This document shows, piece by piece, positions 10,414 to 20,400 of a DNA stretch of 64,000 bases. The notes beneath the pieces were generated by a model. The model was not told the origin of the DNA. It searched no databases and saw only the letters and a program-made list of their open reading frames with translations. The first letter of the stretch is position 1. The number at the start of each line of letters is the position of its first letter. A program made the position numbers and the translations under genes. Source of the stretch: Clostridium pasteurianum DSM 525 = ATCC 6013 (GTDB taxonomy: Bacteria > Bacillota > Clostridia > Clostridiales > Clostridiaceae); assembly GCF_000807255.1 (NCBI RefSeq), contig NZ_CP009268.1:400384-464383 (forward strand), in the 5' to 3' direction.

Positions 10414-10989
10414 ATGAGCAGACAACTAGCATTTTATTTTCAGCAAAATTATTGTGTGGGATGTAATACCTGCCAAATAGCCTGCAAAGATAAAAATAAT
10501 CTCCCTGCAGGTCAGCAGTTTAGAAAAGTTTATGAAGTGTCTGGTGGAGATTTTATAGAGAAGGGAAAGGTAGTTATACCTAATGTATATGCCTTTTGGA
10601 TTTCTATGAGTTGTAATCACTGTGAAAATCCAATATGCTTAAAGGTCTGTCCTGCAGGAGCCATTAGTAAAAAAGAAGAGAACGGAATTGTATATATAGA
10701 TAAAGAAAAATGCATAGGATGTAAAAGTTGCATAAAAGCATGTCCTTATAAAGCACCTCAATATGATAAGGTATCTAAAAAGGTTAACAAATGTGATTTT
10801 TGCACGGATTTATTGGAACAGGGAAAAGATCCTGTCTGCGTTTCATCTTGTCCCATGAGGGCATTGGACTATGGTGTACTGGAGGAGCTGCGTGAAAAGT
10901 TTGGATGTATTGCTGAAACAGAAGGTATGCCAGAAGCAAGTATAACTAATCCTGCCTTAGTAATTACACCACATAAAGGGAAGTCTTAG
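10414..10989 (+). CDS. DmsB-like 4Fe-4S ferredoxin-type iron-sulfur subunit
   Basis: Four Cys clusters, including CNHCENPICLKVCPAGAI and CIGCKSCIKACPY. Confidence 0.75.
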   Translation: MSRQLAFYFQQNYCVGCNTCQIACKDKNNLPAGQQFRKVYEVSGGDFIEKGKVVIPNVYAFWISMSCNHCENPICLKVCPAGAISKKEENGIVYIDKEKCIGCKSCIKACPYKAPQYDKVSKKVNKCDFCTDLLEQGKDPVCVSSCPMRALDYGVLEELREKFGCIAETEGMPEASITNPALVITPHKGKS

Positions 10990-11228
10990 ACTCAGTGAAT
11001 ATGATTTTTACTAATAAAATTAGAAACGGATTATAGATGATATGAAAGGTGAAAGTTAAAATATATAAGCTATGTTTTTAATTATGGTGAATACACTTAG
11101 CATAGTAGATAGGAAGGGAGAGTAGGTTTTTAGCAGGAAATTTATAAGTAATATAAGCAAAGAAATTAGTTTAAAATAATAGTGTAGTGTTAATAAATTG
11201 TTATTTCTTGCTAAAGACAAATAAAATT

Positions 11229-11840
11229 ATGGATACTGTAAAAGATTTTATGACAAAAAGACAAGCTATCTATGCACTGTTATCTGCACTTTATCGTGGA
11301 GATTTGAACAAGGTACTGGAAGTTTCTAAGGAAGTTCCAGTATTTAAAGATTTTTTAATTGAAAAAGGTTATGGCAGAGATATTACAGAAGAAATTAAAA
11401 ATAGTAGAAAGTCATTTATAGAGGATTATGAAAGTTTATTTTTGGGACCATCACACATACTAGCTCCACCTTGGGAGTCTGTCTATGAAAACAATGATAG
11501 GTTGTTATTTGGAAAATCGGAATTGCAGGTTCGCAGATTCTATAGAAAGTTTGGATTAGATGTAAGTGTAAGGGTAGCTGCAGATCATTTAGCTTTTGAA
11601 CTAGCTTTTATATCAAGATTATGTTCTGTTGTAGATTATGAAGATTTAAAAACTGTTAAGAAAAATGTTAGAGCCCAGATAGACTTTATAACTAAGCATT
11701 TATTATCTTGGACACCAAAGTGGAATCAGGACGTATCTGAAAATTCAAGCACTGGATTTTGGAGGGATATTTCTGAAATTATGGTGAAATCATTTAAGGA
11801 AGATTTAGTTGAACTTAAAGCTAGAAGCAAATGTCTTTAA
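11229..11840 (+). CDS. TorD/DmsD-family molybdoenzyme maturation chaperone
   Basis: About 200 aa; the ESLFLGPSHILAPPWESVYE and AADHLAFELAFISRL motifs are TorD-like; start chosen at the MDTVKDF methionine. Confidence 0.6.
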   Translation: MDTVKDFMTKRQAIYALLSALYRGDLNKVLEVSKEVPVFKDFLIEKGYGRDITEEIKNSRKSFIEDYESLFLGPSHILAPPWESVYENNDRLLFGKSELQVRRFYRKFGLDVSVRVAADHLAFELAFISRLCSVVDYEDLKTVKKNVRAQIDFITKHLLSWTPKWNQDVSENSSTGFWRDISEIMVKSFKEDLVELKARSKCL

Positions 11841-11892
11841 ATTTAAGTTTATCAATAATTTTTAATGGCAGAATAACTAAAAAATCACTACA

Positions 11893-11929
11893 GAGATAAA
11901 CTCAATGTAGTGACTTCTTATAGAACTTA
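11893..11929. terminator. Bidirectional hairpin between convergent torD-like and hcp
   Basis: tcactaca ... tgtagtga 8-bp stem. Confidence 0.4.
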
Positions 11930-11949
11930 GGTAAGTTTAAATTATAAAA

Positions 11950-13611
11950 TTAATTTGTCATTTCAACTTGATTAAGTGAATTTTTCAAATCATCCTCAGC
12001 GTTGCTGATTGGTTTTATATTAAAGGTATCTACTAAATATTGAAGCACATTGGGAGATATAAATGCTGGTAAACTTGGTCCTAAATACATGCCTCTTATT
12101 CCAAGGGATAAGAGTGCCAGTAAATCTGCTACTGCTTTTTGTTCATACCAAGATAGTACAATTGTTAGTGGCAGGGAGTTTACGTTTGTATCAAAGGCAT
12201 CTGCTAGAGATGTAGCTATTCTAACGGCTGAATAGGCATCATTACATTGACCAATATCCAGTAGTCTTGGAAGACCTGCAACTGTTCCAAAATCTAATTT
12301 GTTAAACCTATATTTACCACAGGCTAAGGTTAATATCACACAATCTTTTGGTACTTTTTGTGCAAACTCTGTATAATAATTTCTGCCAGGCCTAGCTCCA
12401 TCACAACCACCTATTAAGAAGAAACGTCTTATTTTGCCATTTTTAACTGCATTAACTATTTCATCAGCATGAGAAAGTGTTTCATTGTGTCCAAATCCTA
12501 CTAGAATTTCCTTGGATTCTTCATCTTCTTCAAAGCCTCCAAGATCTAAAGCTTTATTTATTATTTCACTAAAATCTTTTACTCCATTTTCATCTGCATC
12601 TATGTGTTTTACTCCATCCCAGCCTACAACACTGGTAGTAAATATCCTATCTTTATAGGTTTCTCTAGGTCTCATTAAACAGTTGGTTGTCATTAGAATA
12701 CATCCAGGTATTCCGTCAAATTCTTTTTGTTGATTTTGCCAGGCTGAACCATAATTTCCTACTAAATGTTTATATTTTTTTAGTGATGGATATCCATGAG
12801 ATGGAAGCATTTCTCCATGGGTATATATATTGATTCCCTTGCCTTCTGTTTGTTGAAGAAGCATTTCTAAATCTCTTAAATCATGACCAGATACAATTAT
12901 AAATGGTCCCTTTTTTATGTTTATATTAACTTTATGCATAGAAGGATTATTATATCTAGATGTGTTAGCAGCATCTAATGTTTTCATAACTTCTACACTC
13001 ATATCTCCAGTTTTCATTGTAATATTTATCATGTCTTCTAAAGTTAAATTGTCATTAGTAGTGGATTCTAAGCCTAAGAAATAAAATTTATCTACCTGCT
13101 CACTATTATAGCCTATAAATCTTGCCTGATGACCATATGCACTTATACCTTTTAGTCCATACAATACTGTAGAACGCAGAGATCTAATATCTGCGTCAAG
13201 ACTTTCATCATACATAATTCCAGCTTTAACTGAATCTTTTAGCATTTCTTCTTTTGTATCACTTAAGTTATATGTAGCAGAATCTGGATATTCTCCTTCA
13301 GGAGCACTATCTCTTAAAAATTCTTTTATTTTCTGAGATTCCTTTAACAGCTTAATATGAGCTCCTGGATCAAAATTTACATTGGTTAAGGTTGTAAATA
13401 ATGAGTTTTCTACAAATTTCACTATATCCTCATCAATAACTTTTCCACTTTCGATGAGCGGCTTTGCGTAGCAGGAAATTCCCTTTAATTGGTATATCAG
13501 TAAATCTTGCAGATTTGCAATTTCTGGTGTTTTACCGCATACGCCGCTTTTTGTACAACCTTTTCCGCCAAAAGTTTGTTCACATTGATAACAAAACATT
13601 GAGTTTTCCAT
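11950..13611 (-). CDS. hcp: Hydroxylamine reductase / hybrid-cluster protein
   Basis: N-terminus MFCYQCEQTFGGKGCTKSGVCGK is the Hcp cubane-cluster Cys motif; about 550 aa. Confidence 0.85.
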   Translation of the reverse strand: MENSMFCYQCEQTFGGKGCTKSGVCGKTPEIANLQDLLIYQLKGISCYAKPLIESGKVIDEDIVKFVENSLFTTLTNVNFDPGAHIKLLKESQKIKEFLRDSAPEGEYPDSATYNLSDTKEEMLKDSVKAGIMYDESLDADIRSLRSTVLYGLKGISAYGHQARFIGYNSEQVDKFYFLGLESTTNDNLTLEDMINITMKTGDMSVEVMKTLDAANTSRYNNPSMHKVNINIKKGPFIIVSGHDLRDLEMLLQQTEGKGINIYTHGEMLPSHGYPSLKKYKHLVGNYGSAWQNQQKEFDGIPGCILMTTNCLMRPRETYKDRIFTTSVVGWDGVKHIDADENGVKDFSEIINKALDLGGFEEDEESKEILVGFGHNETLSHADEIVNAVKNGKIRRFFLIGGCDGARPGRNYYTEFAQKVPKDCVILTLACGKYRFNKLDFGTVAGLPRLLDIGQCNDAYSAVRIATSLADAFDTNVNSLPLTIVLSWYEQKAVADLLALLSLGIRGMYLGPSLPAFISPNVLQYLVDTFNIKPISNAEDDLKNSLNQVEMTN

Positions 13612-13745
13612 TGTTTAATATATCCTCCTATAGTTAACAATTATTTTTGTATATTTAAATGCTTTACAATATGTGGTTTTTTCAATTATATAATGTCATA
13701 TTATAGATAAAATTATTCAGATATGATTAAAGTTTTTAATTATAA

Positions 13746-14132
13746 ATTTCTATAGAAATAATTTGCTTATCTAACATTCGGAATAACCATTTACACCAAG
13801 CAACTACTAAGATAGTGAAAACCAAGCCATCAAGAGTAGTTATGGAAACACTTAATATTAAAGGTATGATTAAGAATAAGCATTTATCCAAAGCTATAGC
13901 ACAGCAAGGGTTATATGAGTTTAAAAGACAGCTTCAATACAAATGTGAATTTTATGGAATTAAATTTATTGAAGCTGATAAATGGTATCCATCATCAAAG
14001 ACTTGTAGTGAGTGTGGACATAAAAAGACTAAATTATCACTATCAGAAAGAACTTATATCTGTGAAGAATGTGGAGCAGTAATTGATAGAGATTTAAATG
14101 CTTCAATTAATTTAAGCAGATATTCAGCATAA
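13746..14132 (+). pseudogene. tnpB: 5'-truncated IS200/IS605-family TnpB (OrfB) remnant, C-terminal RuvC-II/zinc-finger/RuvC-III region only
   Basis: VVMETLNIKGM plus CSECGHKK...CEECGAVIDRDLNASINL equals the TnpB C-terminus; there is no upstream TnpB body and a stop in frame at 13743. Confidence 0.7.
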
Positions 14133-14240
14133 CTACATGAACAGTTATGTTTGAGGTGTAGGATTCGTTGTATCCGAAGTTAAGCCCTTGGAGTGTCATA
14201 TCAAACGAAAGTAGTGTATTCTTTTAGAATTACAAAATCG
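14133..14240 (+). mobile_element. Probable IS605-family right-end (RE) segment downstream of the tnpB remnant
   Basis: By position only; contains short hairpins (ttcg..cgaa) but I could not resolve the RE stem-loop. Confidence 0.3.
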
Positions 14241-14656
14241 GACACATTGAACGGGGAATTAAACAAGCTTTATGGAGTTCTATAAAGTTTTGGCAACGGT
14301 ATAGTACTATTCTTTTGGTTGTTAGGATTTATATTTAGATTTGGAGGATTTTTAATTCATATGCTGCTTATAGTAGCAGTGTTAGTATTTATAGTGAATG
14401 TAATTACAGGAAGAAAAAATAAGGGATAATTATGTATAATAATATTTTTTAATAATCTATGTGGATTTCTATAATGAAATTTACATAGGTTATTTTTGTT
14501 TATATTATATAGATATCCAATTTGGTTATTAAATATTAATAAGCATAAATAATCTGAATAGTCTAGCCTAAAAAATTAAAGCTTACTTATAGTTGACAAA
14601 TCAACTTATAGTTGTATAGTATTACTTATAGTGAATTTTAAGTGGGAGAATTGTAT

Positions 14657-16084
14657 ATGGAAGAAAAAAATTATAAAAATAGATGGAAAATTCTAGCCGT
14701 AGTTTTGCTATCTCCTTTTATGGGTAATCTGGATAGCAGTATTGTAAACATAGCACTGCCGATGATATCAAAACATCTATCTGTAGAGATAAATAGTATA
14801 CAGTGGGTAGTAACCAGTTATTTAATAGTAATATCGGCTTTTGTGCTTATATTTGGAAAATTATCAGATAAATTTGGAAGAAATATCATCTTTAATTATG
14901 GATTTCTTATATTTGGTCTTGGATCTTTTTTATGTGCTATTTCTAACACTCTGAGTTTTTTGGTTTTTTCAAGAGTAGTTCAGGCTTTGGGAGCAGCTAT
15001 GTTTATGTCTGCAAATCAATCTATATTGGCAATTACCTTTCCAAAGAATGAAAGGGGAAGAGCTTTTGGACTACTTGGAAGTACTGTAGCTATAGGAACT
15101 ATGCTTGGACCTCCTATTGGCGGCTTAATGGTTCAGTTTTTTAATTGGCAGTCTATATTTTTAATAAATATACCCATCTCTATTTTGGCTTTTGTTTCAG
15201 GGAAAATAATACTTCCTAAGGAAGAGATAAGTAGAGATATTTCAAAATTTGATTTAAAAGGAGCTATTTTACTTATAGTTTTTATAGTATCTCTTTTCTG
15301 GTCACTTTTAAAAGGAGAAGATTTAGGGTGGAGCAATGAAAGAATACTTATAAGTTTTGTAATAGCCATTTTGTGTGGAATAGGTTTTTATTTTATAGAG
15401 AAAAAAGCAGAAGATCCTATAATAGATCTATCTATGTTTAAAAATAAATTATTTGATATAAGTATATTATGCGCGTTTATATCCTTTGTAGTTTTGTTTT
15501 GCGTAAATATAATTCAACCTTTTTATCTTCAGGATGCCATAAAAATATCTCCAGCAACTTCAGGGATTTTAATGATGGCTATTCCAGTGAGTATCGCTTT
15601 GATTGCCCCTTTAAGCGGATATTTATCAGATAGATTAAGCGGAGAAATTTTAACGATTTTTGGATTGCTTATTATGTCCATTGGACTATTTAGCATGTCT
15701 TTTTTAAATGCCACCTCCAGTTATATACATATAGCTATAAGCATTGCCATAATAGGTATAGGAAATGGATTGTTTCAAGCCCCTAATAATGCTATTGTAA
15801 TGTCCTTAGTTTCGAAAGACAAATTGGGAGTAGTGGGCAGTATAAATGCTCTAGTAAGGAATGTGGGCATGGTTTCAGGAATAACATTTTCTGTTGCACT
15901 TTTGTACAATAGAATGAGCAGCAAAATAGGTCATAGAGTTACGGGCTACGTAAGCGGAAGACCGGAAATCTTCTTATATGCAATGAGGATAGTATATATG
16001 AGTACGGCAGTCATATGTATTTTGGGGATGCTGCTTACTATAATCAGAATTTTAAAGGAAAGACAAACAAGAAGATCCATATAA
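14657..16084 (+). CDS. MFS transporter (DHA2-like drug:H+ antiporter)
   Basis: 14-transmembrane pattern; motif SDKFGRN; RBS GGGAGAA 6 nt before the ATG at 14657. Confidence 0.75.
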   Translation: MEEKNYKNRWKILAVVLLSPFMGNLDSSIVNIALPMISKHLSVEINSIQWVVTSYLIVISAFVLIFGKLSDKFGRNIIFNYGFLIFGLGSFLCAISNTLSFLVFSRVVQALGAAMFMSANQSILAITFPKNERGRAFGLLGSTVAIGTMLGPPIGGLMVQFFNWQSIFLINIPISILAFVSGKIILPKEEISRDISKFDLKGAILLIVFIVSLFWSLLKGEDLGWSNERILISFVIAILCGIGFYFIEKKAEDPIIDLSMFKNKLFDISILCAFISFVVLFCVNIIQPFYLQDAIKISPATSGILMMAIPVSIALIAPLSGYLSDRLSGEILTIFGLLIMSIGLFSMSFLNATSSYIHIAISIAIIGIGNGLFQAPNNAIVMSLVSKDKLGVVGSINALVRNVGMVSGITFSVALLYNRMSSKIGHRVTGYVSGRPEIFLYAMRIVYMSTAVICILGMLLTIIRILKERQTRRSI

Positions 16085-16177
16085 ATATATTAAATTATAA
16101 ATAAATACAATTTTATAAATAGAGTTAAGAGTATTATAAGAAAATAGTCTTAATTAATAAAAATATATTAAAAAAAT

Positions 16178-16210
16178 GTCTGCTTAGCGCAGATGTTTTT
16201 TATATTATCA
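16178..16210 (+). terminator. Rho-independent terminator
   Basis: tctgc-ttagc-gcaga followed by TGTTTTTT. Confidence 0.45.
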
Positions 16211-16423
16211 TAAAATAGATAAATTTAATAACAATATGAAATAAAAGTCATAAATTTAATATTAATAGAATAATTTTAATGAAAAGTTTAATTTACCTCA
16301 AAAAAATATTAAAACTAGCGTATGTATATAGTGTCTTCAAAAGACGATCTGTTATAAATATGGCAATAGCAACATTAAAGTATATATTTATAATAAAAAA
16401 TTATTTTAGGGGGAAAATAATTT

Positions 16424-17920
16424 ATGATTAAATCAAAAATTATGAAATTTATTCTAGGAACTACTTTTGCTGCAACGTTGCTTGTAGCCGTACCGGGAGG
16501 AAAGTTGGCCTTTGCTAGTAATGCTGATTATAACAATGATTATGGCTTTTCTCACATAACTCGATTTGATATGAATAAAATTCCAGCACAACATGGAAAT
16601 GCACAGTTCGAAGTGCCTAAATTTGATGCATCAACTATTAAAAATATTCCGTCAGCAAAGGGATATGATAAAAATGGTAATTTAATTGATCTAGATGTAT
16701 GGGATAGTTGGCCGCTTCAAAATTCTGATGGAACAGTAGCAAACTATAAGGGATATAATATTGTCTTTGCACTAGCTGGAGATCCTAAAAATGGAAATGA
16801 TACTTCTATATATTTATTCTATCAAAAAATAGGACAAACTTCTATTGACAGCTGGAAAAATGCTGGAAGAGTATTTAAGGATAGTGATAAATTTGCTAAT
16901 CCAAATGATCCGCATCTTAAATATCAAACTCAAGAATGGTCAGGTTCTGCTACATTAACTTCTGATGGTAAAATTAGACTATTCTATACTGATTTTTCTG
17001 GTGCACCTGAAGATGGTGGAACTGGTGATGGAAATCAGGTTATAACAACTGCTCAAGTTAATATGTCTAAAGTAGATAGAGATACACTTAAAGTAGATGG
17101 TGTAGAAGATCATAAATCTATTTTTGATGGTGGAGATGGTAAATTATATCAAAATGTTCAACAGTTCAGAGATGCAGGAATGTATCTTTCACCGGACAAT
17201 CATACACTAAGAGATCCACACTATGTAGAAGATAAAGGACATAAATATCTTGTTTTTGAAGCTAACACAGGAAGTGATGACGGTTATCAAGGTGAAAACT
17301 CTTTATACAACAGAGCTTATTATGGCGGCAGTAAGGCTTTCTTCCAGTCAGATAAAAATGCATTATTAAATAGTGATAAAAAAGAAACTGCTTCTTATGC
17401 TAACGGTGCGCTAGGTATTATTGAATTAAATGATAATTATACATTAAAAAAAGTTATGAAACCATTAATTGCATCAAATACAGTAACAGATGAAATTGAA
17501 CGTGCTAACATATTTAAACTTAATGGCAAGTGGTATTTATTCACAGATAGCAGAGGATCTAAAATGACTATCAATGGTATAGGAAATAAAGATGTATACA
17601 TGTTGGGTTATGTTTCTAATTCTATAAATGGACCTTTTAAACCACTAAATGACAGTGGACTTGTATTACATATGGATCTTGATCCTGCTGATCTGACATT
17701 TACTTATTCACATTTCGCTATACCTCAGACTAAGGGTAATAATGTTGTAATTACAAGTTATATGACTAACAGAGGTTTTTATGCAGATCACAAAGCTACT
17801 TTTGCTCCAAGTTTCTTACTTAATATTAAGGGAGATAAGACATCAGTTGTACCAAACAGTATTCTTGAACAAGGTCAGCTTACAATTGATAATGTGAAAA
17901 AACATAATGATAAAAGATAG
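16424..17920 (+). CDS. sacB: Levansucrase (glycoside hydrolase family 68), secreted
   Basis: Signal peptide, then the DVWDSWPLQNSDGTVA catalytic-nucleophile motif and the rest of the GH68 signature (RDPH, DEIER). Confidence 0.9.
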   Translation: MIKSKIMKFILGTTFAATLLVAVPGGKLAFASNADYNNDYGFSHITRFDMNKIPAQHGNAQFEVPKFDASTIKNIPSAKGYDKNGNLIDLDVWDSWPLQNSDGTVANYKGYNIVFALAGDPKNGNDTSIYLFYQKIGQTSIDSWKNAGRVFKDSDKFANPNDPHLKYQTQEWSGSATLTSDGKIRLFYTDFSGAPEDGGTGDGNQVITTAQVNMSKVDRDTLKVDGVEDHKSIFDGGDGKLYQNVQQFRDAGMYLSPDNHTLRDPHYVEDKGHKYLVFEANTGSDDGYQGENSLYNRAYYGGSKAFFQSDKNALLNSDKKETASYANGALGIIELNDNYTLKKVMKPLIASNTVTDEIERANIFKLNGKWYLFTDSRGSKMTINGIGNKDVYMLGYVSNSINGPFKPLNDSGLVLHMDLDPADLTFTYSHFAIPQTKGNNVVITSYMTNRGFYADHKATFAPSFLLNIKGDKTSVVPNSILEQGQLTIDNVKKHNDKR

Positions 17921-18363
17921 TAGTCAAAATATTATAAAGAGATAATTGACAATTAATTAGTATTAAAAAATTTATAAAGAGGTTCTTTGAAATGTGTTAA
18001 TATACATTAAAAGCACCTCTTTTTTTCTTTTTTTAAGAATATTATATAATTTATATTATAGATAAGTATATAGATATCCAAATTCATAATTAAATGTTGA
18101 TACTCATAAATAGCCTGAGTAACTTAATATAAAAAATCTAAATTTATATTTCAGGTTGTATATCTATAGATAAATTTTTATTATACAATCTATAGAAAAT
18201 TTATTATATGTCTACTCATCAGAGTCAAAATAAATGTATAATTTCATATTACAGAAAGAGAATATAAATGAATAATTTCACTTGAAGTTTTATACTTATA
18301 CTAAGTTTGAATGGATTGTTTAAAGAATAGTCAGTGAATGAAGACATAGAGTGGAGGGATTAT

Positions 18364-19926
18364 ATGACAAAAAGAAAAATTGTACTATTATGTATTTTTA
18401 TTAGTATTTTTTTTGCAATAATAATTGGATTTTTATTTTTTTATAGTAATACAGATAAAGAACCAAAGAAAAAAGTAATTGATGAAAAACCAAACTATAG
18501 AGCTGTATATCATTTTACAACTCCTGACAAGTGGAAAAATGATCCCCAAAAGCCCATATTTTTTGATGGGAAATATCATTACTATTATCTCTATAATGGT
18601 GAATATCCAAAGGGCAATGGTACAGAGTGGCGTCATGCTACATCAGAAGATTTAGTGCATTGGAGTGATGAAGGCGTAGCAATTCCTAAATTTACTAATA
18701 ATAATGGAGATGTGTGGTCAGGATCAGTGGTAGTGGATAGTGAAAATACAGCGGGTTTTGGAAAAGATGCTGTGGTGGCTATTTTAACTCAGCCTTCTGG
18801 AAAGGATGGTGCTCAACAGCAGCATCTATGGTACAGTACTGATAAGGGAAAGACCTTTAAGTCCTATAGTGATAATCCAGTTATGCCAAATCCAGGAGTA
18901 AAGGACTTTAGAGATCCTAAAATTATCTGGAACTCTAAAAGTAATAAGTGGACTATACTATTAGCAGAAGGTAACAAGATAGGTTTTTATGAATCGGATA
19001 ATCTTAAAGATTGGCAATATACTGGAGGATTTTTTACAAAAGATATAGGTATTGTAGAATGTCCAGATCTATTTATGATGAAGGCTGAGGATGGAGCTTA
19101 TAAATGGGTTATGGGAGCAAGTGCCAATGGAAAAAGTGTAGGAAAACCGAATACCTATGCCTATTGGACCGGTGATTTCAATGGAAAAGAGTTTATACCA
19201 GATGAAAGTGAACCTCAATGGCTGGACTATGGATTTGATTGGTATGCAGGTGTAACTTTTGAAAGCGGCAATATCAGTGAGAGTTTTATAAAACGTTATG
19301 CATTAGCTTGGATGAATAACTGGGATTATGCTAATAATACTCCTACTACTAAAGAGAACTTTAATGGCATAGATTCAATTGTAAGAGAGATAAGTCTTAA
19401 AAAACAAGATGATAGGTACAGTCTTTTTTCGCAGCCTGTTGAAACTTTGAATGATATTGTAAAATCCACTGAACATTTAAATAGGGTTGAAGTTACGGGA
19501 ACAAAGACATTAGAATTCACGGGAGAATCCTATGAGCTTGATGCAGATATAAGCTGGGAGGATGCTGAAAATGTAGGATTGAGGCTTAGAGAATCGGAGG
19601 ATAAAAGCCGTCATATTGATGTGGGAATTTTTGTTGATGGTAAATATTCTTATGTGAACAGAGGATTTACATCACATCCAGATGCTGCTAATAAATATAT
19701 TGAAAGCAGAGCACCATTTGACACCAGTAAAAAGAAAGTCCATCTTAAAATTATTGTGGATAAAACCAGCATAGAAGTATTTGTAGATGATGGAAAGGTC
19801 ACTTATTCCAATGAGGCATTTCCTGATTTAAAGGATAAGGGTATAAGTCTTTATTCTATTGGGGGAAAAGCTGTTTTTGAAAATATTCAAATTAAACATT
19901 TTGATTCAATTAATGAGAAAGATTAG
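18364..19926 (+). CDS. Glycoside hydrolase family 32 (levanase / endolevanase, LevB-like) with an N-terminal membrane anchor
   Basis: GH32 motifs WKNDPQKP (WMNDPNG-like), FRDPK and ECPDLF; RBS GGAGGGA before the ATG at 18364. Confidence 0.85.
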   Translation: MTKRKIVLLCIFISIFFAIIIGFLFFYSNTDKEPKKKVIDEKPNYRAVYHFTTPDKWKNDPQKPIFFDGKYHYYYLYNGEYPKGNGTEWRHATSEDLVHWSDEGVAIPKFTNNNGDVWSGSVVVDSENTAGFGKDAVVAILTQPSGKDGAQQQHLWYSTDKGKTFKSYSDNPVMPNPGVKDFRDPKIIWNSKSNKWTILLAEGNKIGFYESDNLKDWQYTGGFFTKDIGIVECPDLFMMKAEDGAYKWVMGASANGKSVGKPNTYAYWTGDFNGKEFIPDESEPQWLDYGFDWYAGVTFESGNISESFIKRYALAWMNNWDYANNTPTTKENFNGIDSIVREISLKKQDDRYSLFSQPVETLNDIVKSTEHLNRVEVTGTKTLEFTGESYELDADISWEDAENVGLRLRESEDKSRHIDVGIFVDGKYSYVNRGFTSHPDAANKYIESRAPFDTSKKKVHLKIIVDKTSIEVFVDDGKVTYSNEAFPDLKDKGISLYSIGGKAVFENIQIKHFDSINEKD

Positions 19927-19944
19927 AAATAATATTTAGTAAAA

Positions 19945-19980
19945 GAGAGATAAATTCATTTCAGTTTATCTCTTTTTCGC
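19945..19980 (+). terminator. Rho-independent terminator after the GH32 gene
   Basis: agagataaa-ttcatttcag-tttatctct followed by TTTTCGC. Confidence 0.5.
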
Positions 19981-20097
19981 TATAAAGTAATTATGATTTA
20001 GATAATAAAATGGATTTTCAATAAAAACTAAATATATATTTTATTTAATATAATTTTTATAGTGTAAAATATTAGCTAAATAATGTGTAATGTACAC

Positions 20098-20126
20098 TTG
20101 ACATGACTTCAAAGCATTGATATATT
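20098..20126 (+). promoter_or_regulatory. Sigma-A-type promoter (TTGACA-17-TATATT) flanked by the TGTAATGT/ACATTACA inverted repeat
   Basis: Canonical -35/-10 hexamers with 17-bp spacing, upstream of the XRE gene. Confidence 0.5.
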
Positions 20127-20163
20127 AATACATGTAAGGTAAACATTACAGAGGTGATGAGTT

Positions 20164-20400
20164 TTGAAGAATAGATTAAGAGAATTTAGGGAAGCCTTTG
20201 GTCTAACCCAAGAACAATTAGGAAAACTTATAGGAGCATCAAGACAGGCAATTAACTCTATAGAAACGGAAAAGTATGAACCTTCCATATGGCTGGCCTA
20301 TGATATATCTAAAATTTTTCATAAAACCATAGAAGATATTTTTCTCTTTGAGGAAAGTGAAAGAAAATCAAGAGCACAGCAGAGTAGAGGAGTGGTTTAG
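20164..20400 (+). CDS. XRE-family (Cro/CI-type) HTH transcriptional regulator
   Basis: The LTQEQLGKLIGASRQAINSIE helix-turn-helix. Confidence 0.75.
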   Translation: MKNRLREFREAFGLTQEQLGKLIGASRQAINSIETEKYEPSIWLAYDISKIFHKTIEDIFLFEESERKSRAQQSRGVV

